IMG/VR virus record: IMGVR_UViG_2199352030_000012
Span: 89 to 64,088 of that record
DNA from: a virus
Strand: one strand, 5' to 3'
Length of the DNA stretch: 64,000 bases
Shown here in pieces: positions 31,730 to 42,387 of the stretch. The notes under the pieces are model-generated. The model made no database searches. It was not told where the DNA came from and worked only from the letters and a program-made list of their open reading frames with translations. Made by a program: the position numbers and the translations under genes. Within the stretch, counting starts at the first letter, position 1, and the number at the start of each line of letters is the position of its first letter.

Positions 31730-32151
31730 TATATATAATCCTCCGTAAGAGCTTCAATAATAATACTTATGCACATAAAACCTGTCATGCCCATTTCGAA
31801 TGTGGGGCGTCCAAGAATGTTTATATCACGCATTAGGAATATTCCAAAATATGCTCCCCAAATTGTGGCATCGGCAATTATGAAAATTGCTTTTCCAATT
31901 GGAATTGAATGTTTAGTGAACCCAACATACATCCCTAACACTCCAACTAAGAAAAGTGCAATAATTAATCCCATATCTTGTGCATGAGTAAAAATGAAGT
32001 ATAGTCCTTTTGATTTTTCTATACTATACGCATTATTATTAAATTGGAATTGGTGAAATAACATGAATGCTCCGAACATAAGCGTTTCTAATGATTTTAT
32101 GATGAGAAAGCGATTGTGAAGTAGTCTTTGAGATAGCTTCATTGCAATCAC
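31729..32151 (-). CDS. multi-pass membrane protein (holin-like)
   Basis: Four hydrophobic segments; TAATG coupling to the next gene. Confidence 0.7.
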   Translation of the reverse strand: MIAMKLSQRLLHNRFLIIKSLETLMFGAFMLFHQFQFNNNAYSIEKSKGLYFIFTHAQDMGLIIALFLVGVLGMYVGFTKHSIPIGKAIFIIADATIWGAYFGIFLMRDINILGRPTFEMGMTGFMCISIIIEALTEDYI

Positions 32152-32181
32152 TCCATTTTGTTTATTTATAAAACTAAGTTT

Positions 32182-32439
32182 TTATTCTGTTGGTTTTTGA
32201 TCTGATTCTTGTTCTGCTAAAATAGCGTCTTGATTACCCCAAACCCAATCTTGAAATTCAGAGATGCCCTTACGTACTTCTTCACGGTTTTGTGCATATG
32301 CTTTTGTATCAATAATCGTTTGATTTACATAATCGCTATTTTCTTCATTCGTATCAATTGACGCTGATAATCTGACAATCTGTTTATCAGCAGCTTTAAC
32401 AACACCAATTAATTCTAGTTTCTTCTCTTTGTCTAACAT
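32182..32439 (-). CDS. small conserved phage protein downstream of the tail fiber
   Basis: 85 aa, 'YAQNREEVRKGISEFQDWVW'. Confidence 0.75.
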   Translation of the reverse strand: MLDKEKKLELIGVVKAADKQIVRLSASIDTNEENSDYVNQTIIDTKAYAQNREEVRKGISEFQDWVWGNQDAILAEQESDQKPTE

Positions 32440-32440
32440 A

Positions 32441-32593
32441 TTATTTCCCTTCTTCTTTTTGTAATTCTTTTATCTTTTCCTGTAAATTCTTGGTTAATAC
32501 TTCAAATTGAGATATTTGATATTCTTTTAATGCGATTTTGTTAACTAGATTTTGAATAACTTCATCACTATTTACTTCTAACTCATTATTCAT
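32441..32593 (-). CDS. small coiled-coil protein (50 aa, not in ORF track)
   Basis: AGGAGG RBS; MNNELEVNSDEVIQNLVNKIALKEYQISQFEVL... Confidence 0.7.
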   Translation of the reverse strand: MNNELEVNSDEVIQNLVNKIALKEYQISQFEVLTKNLQEKIKELQKEEGK

Positions 32594-32607
32594 TTATATT
32601 CCTCCTA

Positions 32608-32901
32608 TTATAGTTTTGTACTTCCATCTTCCGAATTGTTGTTCTTATTTACATCAACCGTTTTTGTTAATACTTGTGATTGCATTTGATTATCTGTTAA
32701 TAAATTATTCAATCCAATTTCAAGTTGTTCAATTAAATAATGACCTAATTGTTTAAAGCCACCAATAGACATTTGATTCGTAAATTCATCGTTTGTTATT
32801 TTCAATTGGCTATCAATATTTAACGATGGAACAGTAAAATATATAATAGTATTATCATTATCAATGTCAGTCTTATTGATAAGCACATCATTGTTATTCA
32901 T
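32608..32901 (-). CDS. hypothetical protein
   Basis: ORF directly after the tail fiber stop. Confidence 0.65.
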   Translation of the reverse strand: MNNNDVLINKTDIDNDNTIIYFTVPSLNIDSQLKITNDEFTNQMSIGGFKQLGHYLIEQLEIGLNNLLTDNQMQSQVLTKTVDVNKNNNSEDGSTKL

Positions 32902-32902
32902 A

Positions 32903-35900
32903 TTATTTCTCACCTTTTATCTTCAAAACTGTTAATTCTGCAGTTAGTTCACTAATCTGCTTGGCTTGTTTCTGGGCTGTAGCAACTAAAGCAAAGGTTA
33001 AGCTGGTAGTATTAACTCCTGTTTTATCGTCTGACAAAAGACAACTGTTAATGTGATAATCTCCGCCAATAACTGCTCCAATATGTTTACTATTCTGGGA
33101 AGTTTCTTCTTTATAGTTCCACGTTGTTACATCCATGTTATATACATCATTAGCTAGATTATCGGTGTCTGCCATCTCAATATTTTTCTTAAGGTCAATG
33201 CTTGACTTCTGGATAAAGGCTTTAGCATTTACATTGCCATAACTGCCATCATGATTTCTCATGTACCAGCCATTATTATCACCTGAATAAAGTGAGCCTC
33301 CACCATCTGAAAATTGTGTACCAAACCAAACTTTACCACTGCCATTAGTTTCAACTGCAAAAGTATTACCACCATTTTTATCATTAACTCGATAAACAGA
33401 AGAATTAGAGTTTCCTTGTACATTCCCATAACTATCTATCCAAACGCCATTGTTACCAGACGTTCCTTTAAAAACGAGTTTCGAGCCGTTTTCCATATAA
33501 CTATTGTCATAGGTATGGATGCCTTCTTCGCCCAATTCTGTTCTTTGGTTTGCAACATATCTCCATCCCACATGAATTCCCATAGTTGTACTAGAAATAG
33601 ATGTCGCTTTACCGACTGAAAAATAATCTCCCCCATAGCCATTGCCTAATGAAATTGGAGTAACTGTCACAGATAAGCCATTAAGGTCATTAGTATCTCG
33701 CATGACACCATACTCTCCCATCATTTCAAACTTCCCAGCATTATTGGTTTGATTAATAATCATTCCAGATTGCCCAATAGAGTTTATCCATGTTCCTTCG
33801 TTAGTAGTTCCAATAACATTTAGAGCACCATCTAATTCCATTTCTATATTATATTTTTTGTTATATATCTTAACTGAATCAGTATTTATACTACCCGATG
33901 TAATTTTATCTGCTGATAAGTTTTTAATTTTCGCTCCATCAATCGATGCGTTGTCAATAGTAGTATCTCCAGTTATATGAACCTTGTTTCCACTAATTAA
34001 AACTCCGCTTTTATCGATGTTAATTTGAGAAATAGTATCTTCTGGTGCAGGTGACCAATCAGTAGCCTTGTTACCTTTTTCTAACTTCATTCTTTTCCAA
34101 CTAACGCTTGTAACATCATTTTGGGGAGTATCAAATGGGATCCAAATACTTGTTAAAGTCTGCCCCTCAGTTACTTGTACAGTTAATGTTGAATAACCTT
34201 CGCTACCACCATAGACTATGTTCCCAAAGTAATTATGATATGTTCCATCTGAATTAGTAATATTAATGGCAATCTTAACTGGTTTTTTATCTGGTTTGAG
34301 ATATACATTTGCTGTGTACATTCCTGGTTCGGTTATATTCACCGTTTTGGAAGAGAAATTTCCCCAACCACTATTTGTCCCACTATCCCACGTATCGGAC
34401 GTGCCAATTAACAAGTTTCGTCCACCAATCTGGAGATTATCAAAATCAGCTTGACTAACCTTTAGATTGATTTGATTGCTTAATTGTGTGATTTGTGAAG
34501 CATCTGCCTTACTAGCAACAGTTTGTGAGATAGAATCAGCTTTTTGGTCAACCTTAGACAGAGCTGTAACTGTTGCCATGTCTTCGGGTGCAGGTGACAA
34601 GTCAGTTGATTTATTCCCTATCTCAAGTTTTGCTTTCGAAAATGTCCATCCAATATTAGTATGTGAAGTAAAGACGGTTAGTTGTGGTAAATACGGCTGA
34701 TACTTTTTACTTAATTCAAAATGAAATATGACTTTATATAAAGAATCGTTAATTTTATAAACATCTGGGTTTGAGTCATTCCAGTTAACGTCATTCCCCT
34801 TGATTGTATTCCAATCATTTCCCCAAGCATTCCCAATTTTAAACTTCATTTGTTGCTTATAATTTTCGCTTGTTTTCGAAGGTGTTCCCCATAATGTTAA
34901 TGTTAGATCGCCTTCGTAATCGGCAATCTGATCACTCAATCTCCAGAGATTATGTTGGACATAACTATCTGGTATCGCATTAATTGTATATACATTCCCT
35001 GATGAATTAAGTAACAAGTTACGTCCGCCAACTTGGATACCATCGATCTGTTTTCCTACTGTACTGCTGATTTCTCCAGCTTTCTGGTCAACATAACTTG
35101 TGTCAGCTTTATTAGATACAGTAGATTTAATCTGGTCATCGACTATTTGTAAAGCTGCAATTTTACTATCGGTATCTTCTGGTGCAGGTGTCCAAGGTGC
35201 CGGGTTTTTCCCTTCAGTTAATGTTACGTCTCCAAAAAATACAGCACATGTTGTTCCCACTTGTTTTGATCCGTTGTTGTCAATACGTATGAATCCCTTC
35301 GATGACTTTTTGGTTTTGAATGTGTAAGAAAATCTCTGATTTCTAGATGGTGAACCAACTTTACCAATAGCAATTTGTACATTTTCATTAGTATCAGAGC
35401 CAATATAATAGACATCAAAACTAGTTAAATTACCATCATTAAATTCGTCCATAGACAACGTGTATTCTGTTTCAGGTTTAATATTAACGAAATTTGATCC
35501 TACGTAAACTTCGTTAGCAGTCTTATTATTTAATTGAAACATTCGTCTATTACCATTGTAATAAAATTGATGTTTGGTTATGCTAAAGCTTCCTGAATTA
35601 TCTGTCCCCATATACCATCCGCCTGGAACTTTTCCCCAATCGGAAGTATCTTGTGGATCACCAGAATTTTGTATAAGGTTCCGCCCACCAATCTCCATTC
35701 CATCAACTTTATCACTCACACTAGCCACACTCAGATTAATCTTGTCAGCCGATTCTTTAATCTGTGAGTTTACATAGTTATGCTCGTCAGTAGTCTTAGT
35801 ATAATTAGTGGATAAATTATCTGCGGTAGCTTTAATATCAGCCTTGGCAACTTGGAGAGCGGCATTAGTATCTGCAATTGATTTATCAGTATTGGTTTTA

Positions 35901-38110
35901 TTGGTGTCCACCTTATCATCAATCTTAGACAGACTAGCTTGGAAACCTGATGAAGTAGTTGAGAAATTATTGGATAGGGTGGTCAAATCACCAGATAACT
36001 TATTAAGTTGTGATGAGTCAGCCTTGGCGGTCAAACCTTGTGCGGTCTGCTCTAACTTGAAATGATCTGTGCTTTGCATGTCTTCTAAATCTGCATTAGC
36101 TACTTCGTAGTCACCATTTGAGATACTCGAAATCTTAGCAAAAAAATTACTCATCCAAACTTCACCATTACGACTTAATCTGGGCAAGATAGCACCTTTA
36201 ACTACGTCATCATGAGTTGTATTAACTTTAATATAAGCTCGATTGGTTGCTCCGTTTGCAGGAGATTTAATTCCCAAATCAGCCAATGTGTAATCTTTAA
36301 AATCTACACGATTATCATCTTTATCATAATAAGATACATTTAAAACTGTTTTATTGTCTAATTTGCTAACATCACCAATAATAATATCAAATGCAATTAC
36401 TAATGGATCATTAGCTTTCATAGCAAAGTAATTACTTGTCAAGCCAATGGGGTTATCTGTACTTAAACCACTTTGGCTCATATAAGCCCAATTTTGACTA
36501 TTCTTTTCTTTGACAACTACTTTGTTATTAACAGATTGCCAATTTTTCATAGCTGGATCAGTCTGAAAAGCAGATGATAAAATCAGGTTTTTACCACCAT
36601 CGGTAATTGCTCCAATAGCATCATTGGTTTTTTGTGTAAATTCTGTTCTCAATCCGTTAGCCGTAGCTGTAATTTGAGCTTTATTTTCAGTAATACGTCC
36701 ATCTTGTGACTGTAATGCTTTAATATTGGTTTCTACTTTTTCAGCAGTCTGCGCAATATCGGTAGTATTTTGTGTTACTTTATCGTCGGTTTCTTTTTGT
36801 TTTGAAACTGTGCTTATTACACGATCAGCTAGAACCTTAACGTCAGCATCATTCTTCTCAATACGAGCATATGAATCATTAGCATTATCTTCCCACATTG
36901 TAGCCTTAGCACCAGTTTCTAACTTAGCTTTACTTAGGAATAAATGTGCTTGATTTGCTAACGATTTTGCACCTAACTTAAACGTCATGGACTCATCGGT
37001 AGCAACAAAATTTACATAATATCTTTGCAGAGTTGTTCTAACAAAGGTATCTTTTGTATCAGTTGTTTGGAACTCGCCAATATCAAATACTTGTGCTACT
37101 GTCCCATCAGTGTCTTTATCCGATCTAGCACTAACAGAAATTGTATATGTTTCTCCAACTTTCAAATTATCAACTGTTAATGAGATATAATCACTAACAT
37201 TTAAGAATTCAGTAGCTGTACCAAAGTTATCTTTCTGATCTGTGATAATGACTTCGGCAGAATTACTTTCTTCCCAGCCCTGCCATTCACGCGTACCAGT
37301 AAATAAGTTGGCTTTTTTGACTGTAAAATCTTCTACTTCATTAACTAGATCTTCACGTGATACTTTACCTTCAATAGCATCATTTGCTACTTTTAGAGCG
37401 GCTGTATTCTTTGATACATCACCCTTTAGTAGGTCTAATGAATCTTGTGAAGCCTTTAATTCAATATCTTTTTTATTCTGAGCAATATCAGTTTCAGTCT
37501 TATCAATGCGCCCATTTGTAGCATCTAACTCAGTAGAACTAACCTTACTATCTAACTCACCTTTTACGTCATTAACTGACTGCTTAACTTCTGTCATGTC
37601 ATGATCAAAATTAGATAGGTCGCCCTGAACATTCTCTAAATCTTCTTTAGCACCAGCTAAGTCATTCTTAATTTGAGTGTTCTCATTGTTTAAATTAGTA
37701 ATGTTTTCTGCTTGCTCTTTATTTTTAGCATCTTGTGCAGTCTGATAATCATCAATAACCTTCTGGATATCAGTTTGAACCTTATCCATACGATCGTTTA
37801 ATTCTTTTTGCGTAGCAGTTACATCTTGATCGAATTCATCCTTATTAGCTTTAATATCAGCCGCCATTTGGGAGATTTGATTATTAATATCTGTGACTGC
37901 ATCAGAACCATTGATGATATTTATAATATCTTCTGTGGTTAGTCCGTCTCCGCCTGAACCGCCACCAGAGATTCCTCCAGCAATTAATTCATTGATTGCA
38001 GAGACTATATCTTTTTTTGTACTTGTTTTTAATTGCAATAAATCGCCAACATCTTTAACGGTGGCATATTTGTAAGTACCGTTTTCTAAATATTTAATAT
38101 ACTTTGGCAA
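32903..38110 (-). CDS. tail fiber / host-specificity protein with repeated CBM-like modules and C-terminal intramolecular chaperone (peptidase S74-like)
   Basis: Coiled coils alternate with 'GGRNLL...E.GNK.TDW.PAPED' modules; C-terminal 'SSIDLKKNIE...HIGAV'. Confidence 0.88.
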   Translation of the reverse strand: MPKYIKYLENGTYKYATVKDVGDLLQLKTSTKKDIVSAINELIAGGISGGGSGGDGLTTEDIINIINGSDAVTDINNQISQMAADIKANKDEFDQDVTATQKELNDRMDKVQTDIQKVIDDYQTAQDAKNKEQAENITNLNNENTQIKNDLAGAKEDLENVQGDLSNFDHDMTEVKQSVNDVKGELDSKVSSTELDATNGRIDKTETDIAQNKKDIELKASQDSLDLLKGDVSKNTAALKVANDAIEGKVSREDLVNEVEDFTVKKANLFTGTREWQGWEESNSAEVIITDQKDNFGTATEFLNVSDYISLTVDNLKVGETYTISVSARSDKDTDGTVAQVFDIGEFQTTDTKDTFVRTTLQRYYVNFVATDESMTFKLGAKSLANQAHLFLSKAKLETGAKATMWEDNANDSYARIEKNDADVKVLADRVISTVSKQKETDDKVTQNTTDIAQTAEKVETNIKALQSQDGRITENKAQITATANGLRTEFTQKTNDAIGAITDGGKNLILSSAFQTDPAMKNWQSVNNKVVVKEKNSQNWAYMSQSGLSTDNPIGLTSNYFAMKANDPLVIAFDIIIGDVSKLDNKTVLNVSYYDKDDNRVDFKDYTLADLGIKSPANGATNRAYIKVNTTHDDVVKGAILPRLSRNGEVWMSNFFAKISSISNGDYEVANADLEDMQSTDHFKLEQTAQGLTAKADSSQLNKLSGDLTTLSNNFSTTSSGFQASLSKIDDKVDTNKTNTDKSIADTNAALQVAKADIKATADNLSTNYTKTTDEHNYVNSQIKESADKINLSVASVSDKVDGMEIGGRNLIQNSGDPQDTSDWGKVPGGWYMGTDNSGSFSITKHQFYYNGNRRMFQLNNKTANEVYVGSNFVNIKPETEYTLSMDEFNDGNLTSFDVYYIGSDTNENVQIAIGKVGSPSRNQRFSYTFKTKKSSKGFIRIDNNGSKQVGTTCAVFFGDVTLTEGKNPAPWTPAPEDTDSKIAALQIVDDQIKSTVSNKADTSYVDQKAGEISSTVGKQIDGIQVGGRNLLLNSSGNVYTINAIPDSYVQHNLWRLSDQIADYEGDLTLTLWGTPSKTSENYKQQMKFKIGNAWGNDWNTIKGNDVNWNDSNPDVYKINDSLYKVIFHFELSKKYQPYLPQLTVFTSHTNIGWTFSKAKLEIGNKSTDLSPAPEDMATVTALSKVDQKADSISQTVASKADASQITQLSNQINLKVSQADFDNLQIGGRNLLIGTSDTWDSGTNSGWGNFSSKTVNITEPGMYTANVYLKPDKKPVKIAINITNSDGTYHNYFGNIVYGGSEGYSTLTVQVTEGQTLTSIWIPFDTPQNDVTSVSWKRMKLEKGNKATDWSPAPEDTISQINIDKSGVLISGNKVHITGDTTIDNASIDGAKIKNLSADKITSGSINTDSVKIYNKKYNIEMELDGALNVIGTTNEGTWINSIGQSGMIINQTNNAGKFEMMGEYGVMRDTNDLNGLSVTVTPISLGNGYGGDYFSVGKATSISSTTMGIHVGWRYVANQRTELGEEGIHTYDNSYMENGSKLVFKGTSGNNGVWIDSYGNVQGNSNSSVYRVNDKNGGNTFAVETNGSGKVWFGTQFSDGGGSLYSGDNNGWYMRNHDGSYGNVNAKAFIQKSSIDLKKNIEMADTDNLANDVYNMDVTTWNYKEETSQNSKHIGAVIGGDYHINSCLLSDDKTGVNTTSLTFALVATAQKQAKQISELTAELTVLKIKGEK

Positions 38111-38269
38111 AATACGATCTTCCTTCCGCTCAAGAATGTTGTTATATCAACGTTTATGTTATGTCGTTTGGTTATTAAAACGACGGTTTTATTACTTTAA
38201 TTTATGTATAATTAAAGCCGTTTATCTCTAAACGACTCTAATTTGTGGGAGAGATTTGATTAAATCAGA

Positions 38270-39385
38270 TTAATCAACAAACGTATACTTAGCCATCTTG
38301 CCGTTCTTATCTGGCATCAAGTCAAACGTAATTTCAATTGCAGCAGGTTCCTTAGCGGACTGTGTGAATGTGAAGTTTGACTGTGGACGAGCATTAGGGA
38401 AGTAAGTCTTGATAAAGCTATCTTGACCAGATTCCTGTTCACGCATTAAAGCGTCAGCATAAATTTCAAATGCTCCAGAGAACTTGTTGGCATCGATTGT
38501 GATCGATTTGTTACCTTCTGTTTCTTCCAAGAAGTATGCTACATATGCATCGCCAGGAACAGCAGAATCAGAGAACTGTAATTTATTGAAATCAATCAAT
38601 TTATAGTTCAACCCAGAAGCACCAGACATTGCATCGGCAACTGCTTTAGCTGCATCAATGTCTTCCTGAGTAGCATTAACTGTTGCTCCTTGGTCTGTAG
38701 AACCTTCAGAAGCAGTTGTAATTTTAACTTGTGCAGAAACAGGACCTTGTCCATTAGCGTTTACACCTACAACTGTGTATGTGTATTCTTTATCAGCAGA
38801 CAAGCCAGTATCTGTATAGGTTGTACCAGAAGGTTGTCCAACTTTAGCACCATCACGCATAACAATATATGATGTAGCACCGTCGGAAGCCTTCCATGTG
38901 ATAACAGCGGAAGAGTCATTAGCTGTTACAGCCATGTTTTCTACCAATGTAGGTACAGAATCAGCACCACCAGTAATTTGTGCGGGTACTTCATCGCCTT
39001 CATGTTCCAAACCATCAGCTGCTAATTTGAAGACAGACAATGACCCTTCTTTAACTTTTGCTTCCAATGTTATAGGTGTCCCAGCAACAGCAGGAACCTC
39101 AATAAGTTGTGAATGGAATACATCATCTGTACCATCACTATCTAATTGTGAACCCATAGCGATAGCTAAGAGTTTCAAACTAAAGATTTCTGTGTTAAGT
39201 TTTAAAGTACCTTTACGAGCAGAATCCCAAGCAATAGCATTTGCACCTTTCTTCGTTGCAAATACACGATCGGATGACCATTCAACTGTTGTTTCGTTAG
39301 CGTAATCTGCTTTCAAAACAGGGAGTTTTGTCTTCTTGTCAATCAAGACAAGATTGGCAGCATCCATCATACCGTAAGTTGCCAT
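38270..39385 (-). CDS. major tail tube protein with FN3 insertion
   Basis: 'AIAWDSARKGTL' and 'FTFTQSAKEPAAIEITFD'; FN3 'ITWKASDGATSY...YTDTGL..DKEYTYTV'. Confidence 0.8.
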   Translation of the reverse strand: MATYGMMDAANLVLIDKKTKLPVLKADYANETTVEWSSDRVFATKKGANAIAWDSARKGTLKLNTEIFSLKLLAIAMGSQLDSDGTDDVFHSQLIEVPAVAGTPITLEAKVKEGSLSVFKLAADGLEHEGDEVPAQITGGADSVPTLVENMAVTANDSSAVITWKASDGATSYIVMRDGAKVGQPSGTTYTDTGLSADKEYTYTVVGVNANGQGPVSAQVKITTASEGSTDQGATVNATQEDIDAAKAVADAMSGASGLNYKLIDFNKLQFSDSAVPGDAYVAYFLEETEGNKSITIDANKFSGAFEIYADALMREQESGQDSFIKTYFPNARPQSNFTFTQSAKEPAAIEITFDLMPDKNGKMAKYTFVD

Positions 39386-39427
39386 ATATAATTTCCTCTT
39401 TCCTAGATATGAATTTATATTATTTAA

Positions 39428-39441
39428 TGTAATCGTTTACA
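39428..39441. promoter_or_regulatory. cre-like palindrome upstream of the major tail gene
   Basis: TGTAATCGTTTACA in the intergenic gap. Confidence 0.5.
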
Positions 39442-40275
39442 TTATTCTTCTTTAATTTTGGTTAGCGACAATTTCTCTCGCCAATCTTGAATTTTCATTT
39501 TTTCTGTATCGAATTTATAACTTGTATAGATGTTAAATTCTTTATCAGAAGCATCACGTTCGGCATATCCTTTTAACAAATTCATAAGTTGATAGTAAGT
39601 TAACTCTTTAATCTGTGACATAGGGATAAATCCTTGTGATGATATTTCTAAAGATAATATGTCGTCACCCAATGAGTGACCACCTGTCTTTTTAACTTTT
39701 CTTTCAATTTTTCGCATACGTCCATCATATAATGTCTTCCATATTGCTTGCTTTGCAGGAGACATATTCTTGGGTGCAATTAGTGTTTCATCAGCTTTAG
39801 TAAGAGTGATACACTTAACGATCATACAGAAATCTTTGAAGACTTCTTTATCAATTACCCAATCAAGCTTCTTATTAACAATCTTCTGATTGCTTAAAAC
39901 CTGAAAGTCATCTATCTGATCAACATCATAGCCAATCCAATAAATGAAACCACCAACAATTAATGGTAATAAAGGTATATCTTGCATATGAAACAACTTT
40001 TCAGAAACTTCAAAAGACATTTTATCGTCCCATGCTGCATCCCAAATAGTTGGGAAATCTTTCTCAACTTGATCAACCACTTTAGGATCACCCGAATAAA
40101 TTTCACGTATTGAAGCAGTAAAAAGTCTAGTATAAATAGTAAAGTCAGCATTATCTTTTTTTGCTAATTCTTTGATGGTAGGTGATCTGACAAAAATATT
40201 GTGTTCAGAGTTTTCTGGGTCTTCCTTATAAACTAAGGGCTCCCCTAGCATTAACTGTGTGTAGTTAATATCCAT
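39442..40275 (-). CDS. hypothetical neck/tail protein
   Basis: 277 aa ORF in the head-tail region. Confidence 0.7.
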   Translation of the reverse strand: MDINYTQLMLGEPLVYKEDPENSEHNIFVRSPTIKELAKKDNADFTIYTRLFTASIREIYSGDPKVVDQVEKDFPTIWDAAWDDKMSFEVSEKLFHMQDIPLLPLIVGGFIYWIGYDVDQIDDFQVLSNQKIVNKKLDWVIDKEVFKDFCMIVKCITLTKADETLIAPKNMSPAKQAIWKTLYDGRMRKIERKVKKTGGHSLGDDILSLEISSQGFIPMSQIKELTYYQLMNLLKGYAERDASDKEFNIYTSYKFDTEKMKIQDWREKLSLTKIKEE

Positions 40276-40283
40276 AGAATCAC

Positions 40284-40835
40284 CTATTTCGTATCAATTA
40301 CACGCATCATTAAACAATATCCACCAAATTTATTATTTTGTTCCCAAAGTTCTGTCAAGTTCCCTAATTCAAGAGTTCCTATACCAAAGAACTTTTCATC
40401 CTGAAAAAGATCATATACTCTAGCAAGGATTAGATCTTGACGATAGCCAGTTTCCATAGACATAATTTCATTGTCAACTAAGATATAAAAATAAACATAT
40501 CCCATCGTAAACTTTTCAGAAAACTGTCTCCAAGATTCCTGTGGAACAAAATTACCAAAACCAATGCCAATCATTGACTGTTGATCTTGGACGACCTTAC
40601 TAAGATAACGAACACCTAAAATACGCTTACCAATAAGGTCATATCTTTCATCTTCGGTTAAATCTGGTCTAGCAAGTGCATCGTCAGAATTATAAGCCAA
40701 CAACTTTGTCAACTCTTTATCACTAGCAAGCTTGTCCATGATTTTTTGTTTCCAATAGGTAAATTGCATAATCGCATGTTTATGAAGTTTACCGTTCCCT
40801 TTATCACGTAAAAACTTTGCTCTTTGTGCGTCCAA
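40284..40835 (-). CDS. putative tail terminator / neck protein
   Basis: 'LTKLLAYNSDDAL' motif; position. Confidence 0.6.
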   Translation of the reverse strand: MDAQRAKFLRDKGNGKLHKHAIMQFTYWKQKIMDKLASDKELTKLLAYNSDDALARPDLTEDERYDLIGKRILGVRYLSKVVQDQQSMIGIGFGNFVPQESWRQFSEKFTMGYVYFYILVDNEIMSMETGYRQDLILARVYDLFQDEKFFGIGTLELGNLTELWEQNNKFGGYCLMMRVIDTK

Positions 40836-40846
40836 CTCAACACCTC

Positions 40847-41923
40847 CTAAAATTTGTTAATAATACGTATCACAATATTTTTAATTTCACCGTTATATCG
40901 AGCCATTAATGTTGCTTGATGCCCCACATAACGGTAGTCATCTTTAACTCTTAATGAAACACCATCTTTATCATGGTCAAGAATGTAGAAAGGCACATCT
41001 TCTATGTCTTCAACTAACCATTCTTCAACCTCAATTGGTATTTCATTACCATCTTTATCAATCTCTACCGCACTATATTCAGAAGTGCGTCCCAGTCTAG
41101 CAGTTTCAGAACCTTTTATCTTCCAATCAACCTTTGTTGGGTCGGCTGGAGTGGTCGGTTCTGTGCTTGAATTCTCACTACCATCATTATCATTCCCAGT
41201 GTTATTGTCTGTATCAGCTCCATGATGTTCTTCCTTGAGCCAATAATCTGCAATTCCAAGCTCTCTGTTATCTGTTTCTGGATTATATGTGTCTTGGGCA
41301 AGAAGTAGGTTGGTAAGTCCCATACGTGAAACTTCATCAGAGAATTCAACTGTGAAAACTCTGCCACCAACAAATATTCTCTTACCAGTAGTTAACTGAT
41401 TGGTCTCAGGAGTTGTTTTTAAATACAACATCATTTTCCCGTTTGCTAATGCAATATGGTTACCTGAGAACTCAACACCCAAGGTATACAAGGTCTGGTT
41501 TTGCACATATGCTCCCCAACCTTGCCCATTATTTGAGATTGCTCTTGTTTTATAATCTGTAACCCATTTGATTTGTTGATTAACATGTTTAATCTTTAAT
41601 TGTTGATGAGTAGGAATCGTTTTGAACTCTTCTGTAAACACCAACCAAAGAGAATCACGCCATTTAATATAAGAACCAATGTCAACCAAAGTAGAATTTG
41701 GAACAATCAAATACTTATCATCGGACAAGTCTTTGTTGTTACTTTGAGACTGATCCTGAAACACAGCATGTTCAGGTCTTCCATCAATCTCACAATCTTC
41801 TTGGTTAAGCGTGTTACAAAAATACTCTTCAAACTCACGAGATTTACGTTCCATCATTCGGTCATATCGAGTTGCCCCGTCCCGTCCCATTCTTGAACGA
41901 AATTGTTTTGAGAATTCTGCCAT
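40847..41923 (-). CDS. putative head-closure protein with C-terminal Ig-like domain
   Basis: 'IGSYIKW...WLV'; position. Confidence 0.6.
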   Translation of the reverse strand: MAEFSKQFRSRMGRDGATRYDRMMERKSREFEEYFCNTLNQEDCEIDGRPEHAVFQDQSQSNNKDLSDDKYLIVPNSTLVDIGSYIKWRDSLWLVFTEEFKTIPTHQQLKIKHVNQQIKWVTDYKTRAISNNGQGWGAYVQNQTLYTLGVEFSGNHIALANGKMMLYLKTTPETNQLTTGKRIFVGGRVFTVEFSDEVSRMGLTNLLLAQDTYNPETDNRELGIADYWLKEEHHGADTDNNTGNDNDGSENSSTEPTTPADPTKVDWKIKGSETARLGRTSEYSAVEIDKDGNEIPIEVEEWLVEDIEDVPFYILDHDKDGVSLRVKDDYRYVGHQATLMARYNGEIKNIVIRIINKF

Positions 41924-42369
41924 TACAACATATCCTCATATAAATCTGACATTGAATATTCATACGTATTGATCCATGTTTTAATTTCTTTTTGTAACTG
42001 TTTCTCCATTGCACTTAAATCTTCAAGATATCTATATCCTTGAATTGCTGTATAATCACGATCTCCAATTGCCTTTTTCATTAAATCTTCTGAATGTTTC
42101 GTTTGAGAAACCCATTCCAATTTCATTCCCTTGGCTAGGATCGCAACTTCTGCTGGATTTAAGTGAATGTTAAACTGTTTCTTATCCATATCAACATCGT
42201 TTAAATCTTTGTAATAGGTTAAGAACTGAATTCTTGCATGGTCTAGATAGCCCCACAAGACATCTTCTAGTTCATCATCGTCTACTTTGGCGAAGTCGTA
42301 ACTATCGATGGAATCAAGGAAGGCTTTATAGACTTCTTCAAATTTGGTAGGAGTATCTGAATCAGCCAT
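41923..42369 (-). CDS. putative head-tail adaptor
   Basis: 'TKFEEVYKAFLDSI' and 'ILAKGMKLEW'; position. Confidence 0.6.
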   Translation of the reverse strand: MADSDTPTKFEEVYKAFLDSIDSYDFAKVDDDELEDVLWGYLDHARIQFLTYYKDLNDVDMDKKQFNIHLNPAEVAILAKGMKLEWVSQTKHSEDLMKKAIGDRDYTAIQGYRYLEDLSAMEKQLQKEIKTWINTYEYSMSDLYEDML

Positions 42370-42387
42370 TTGACCTGCTCCTTTCTT

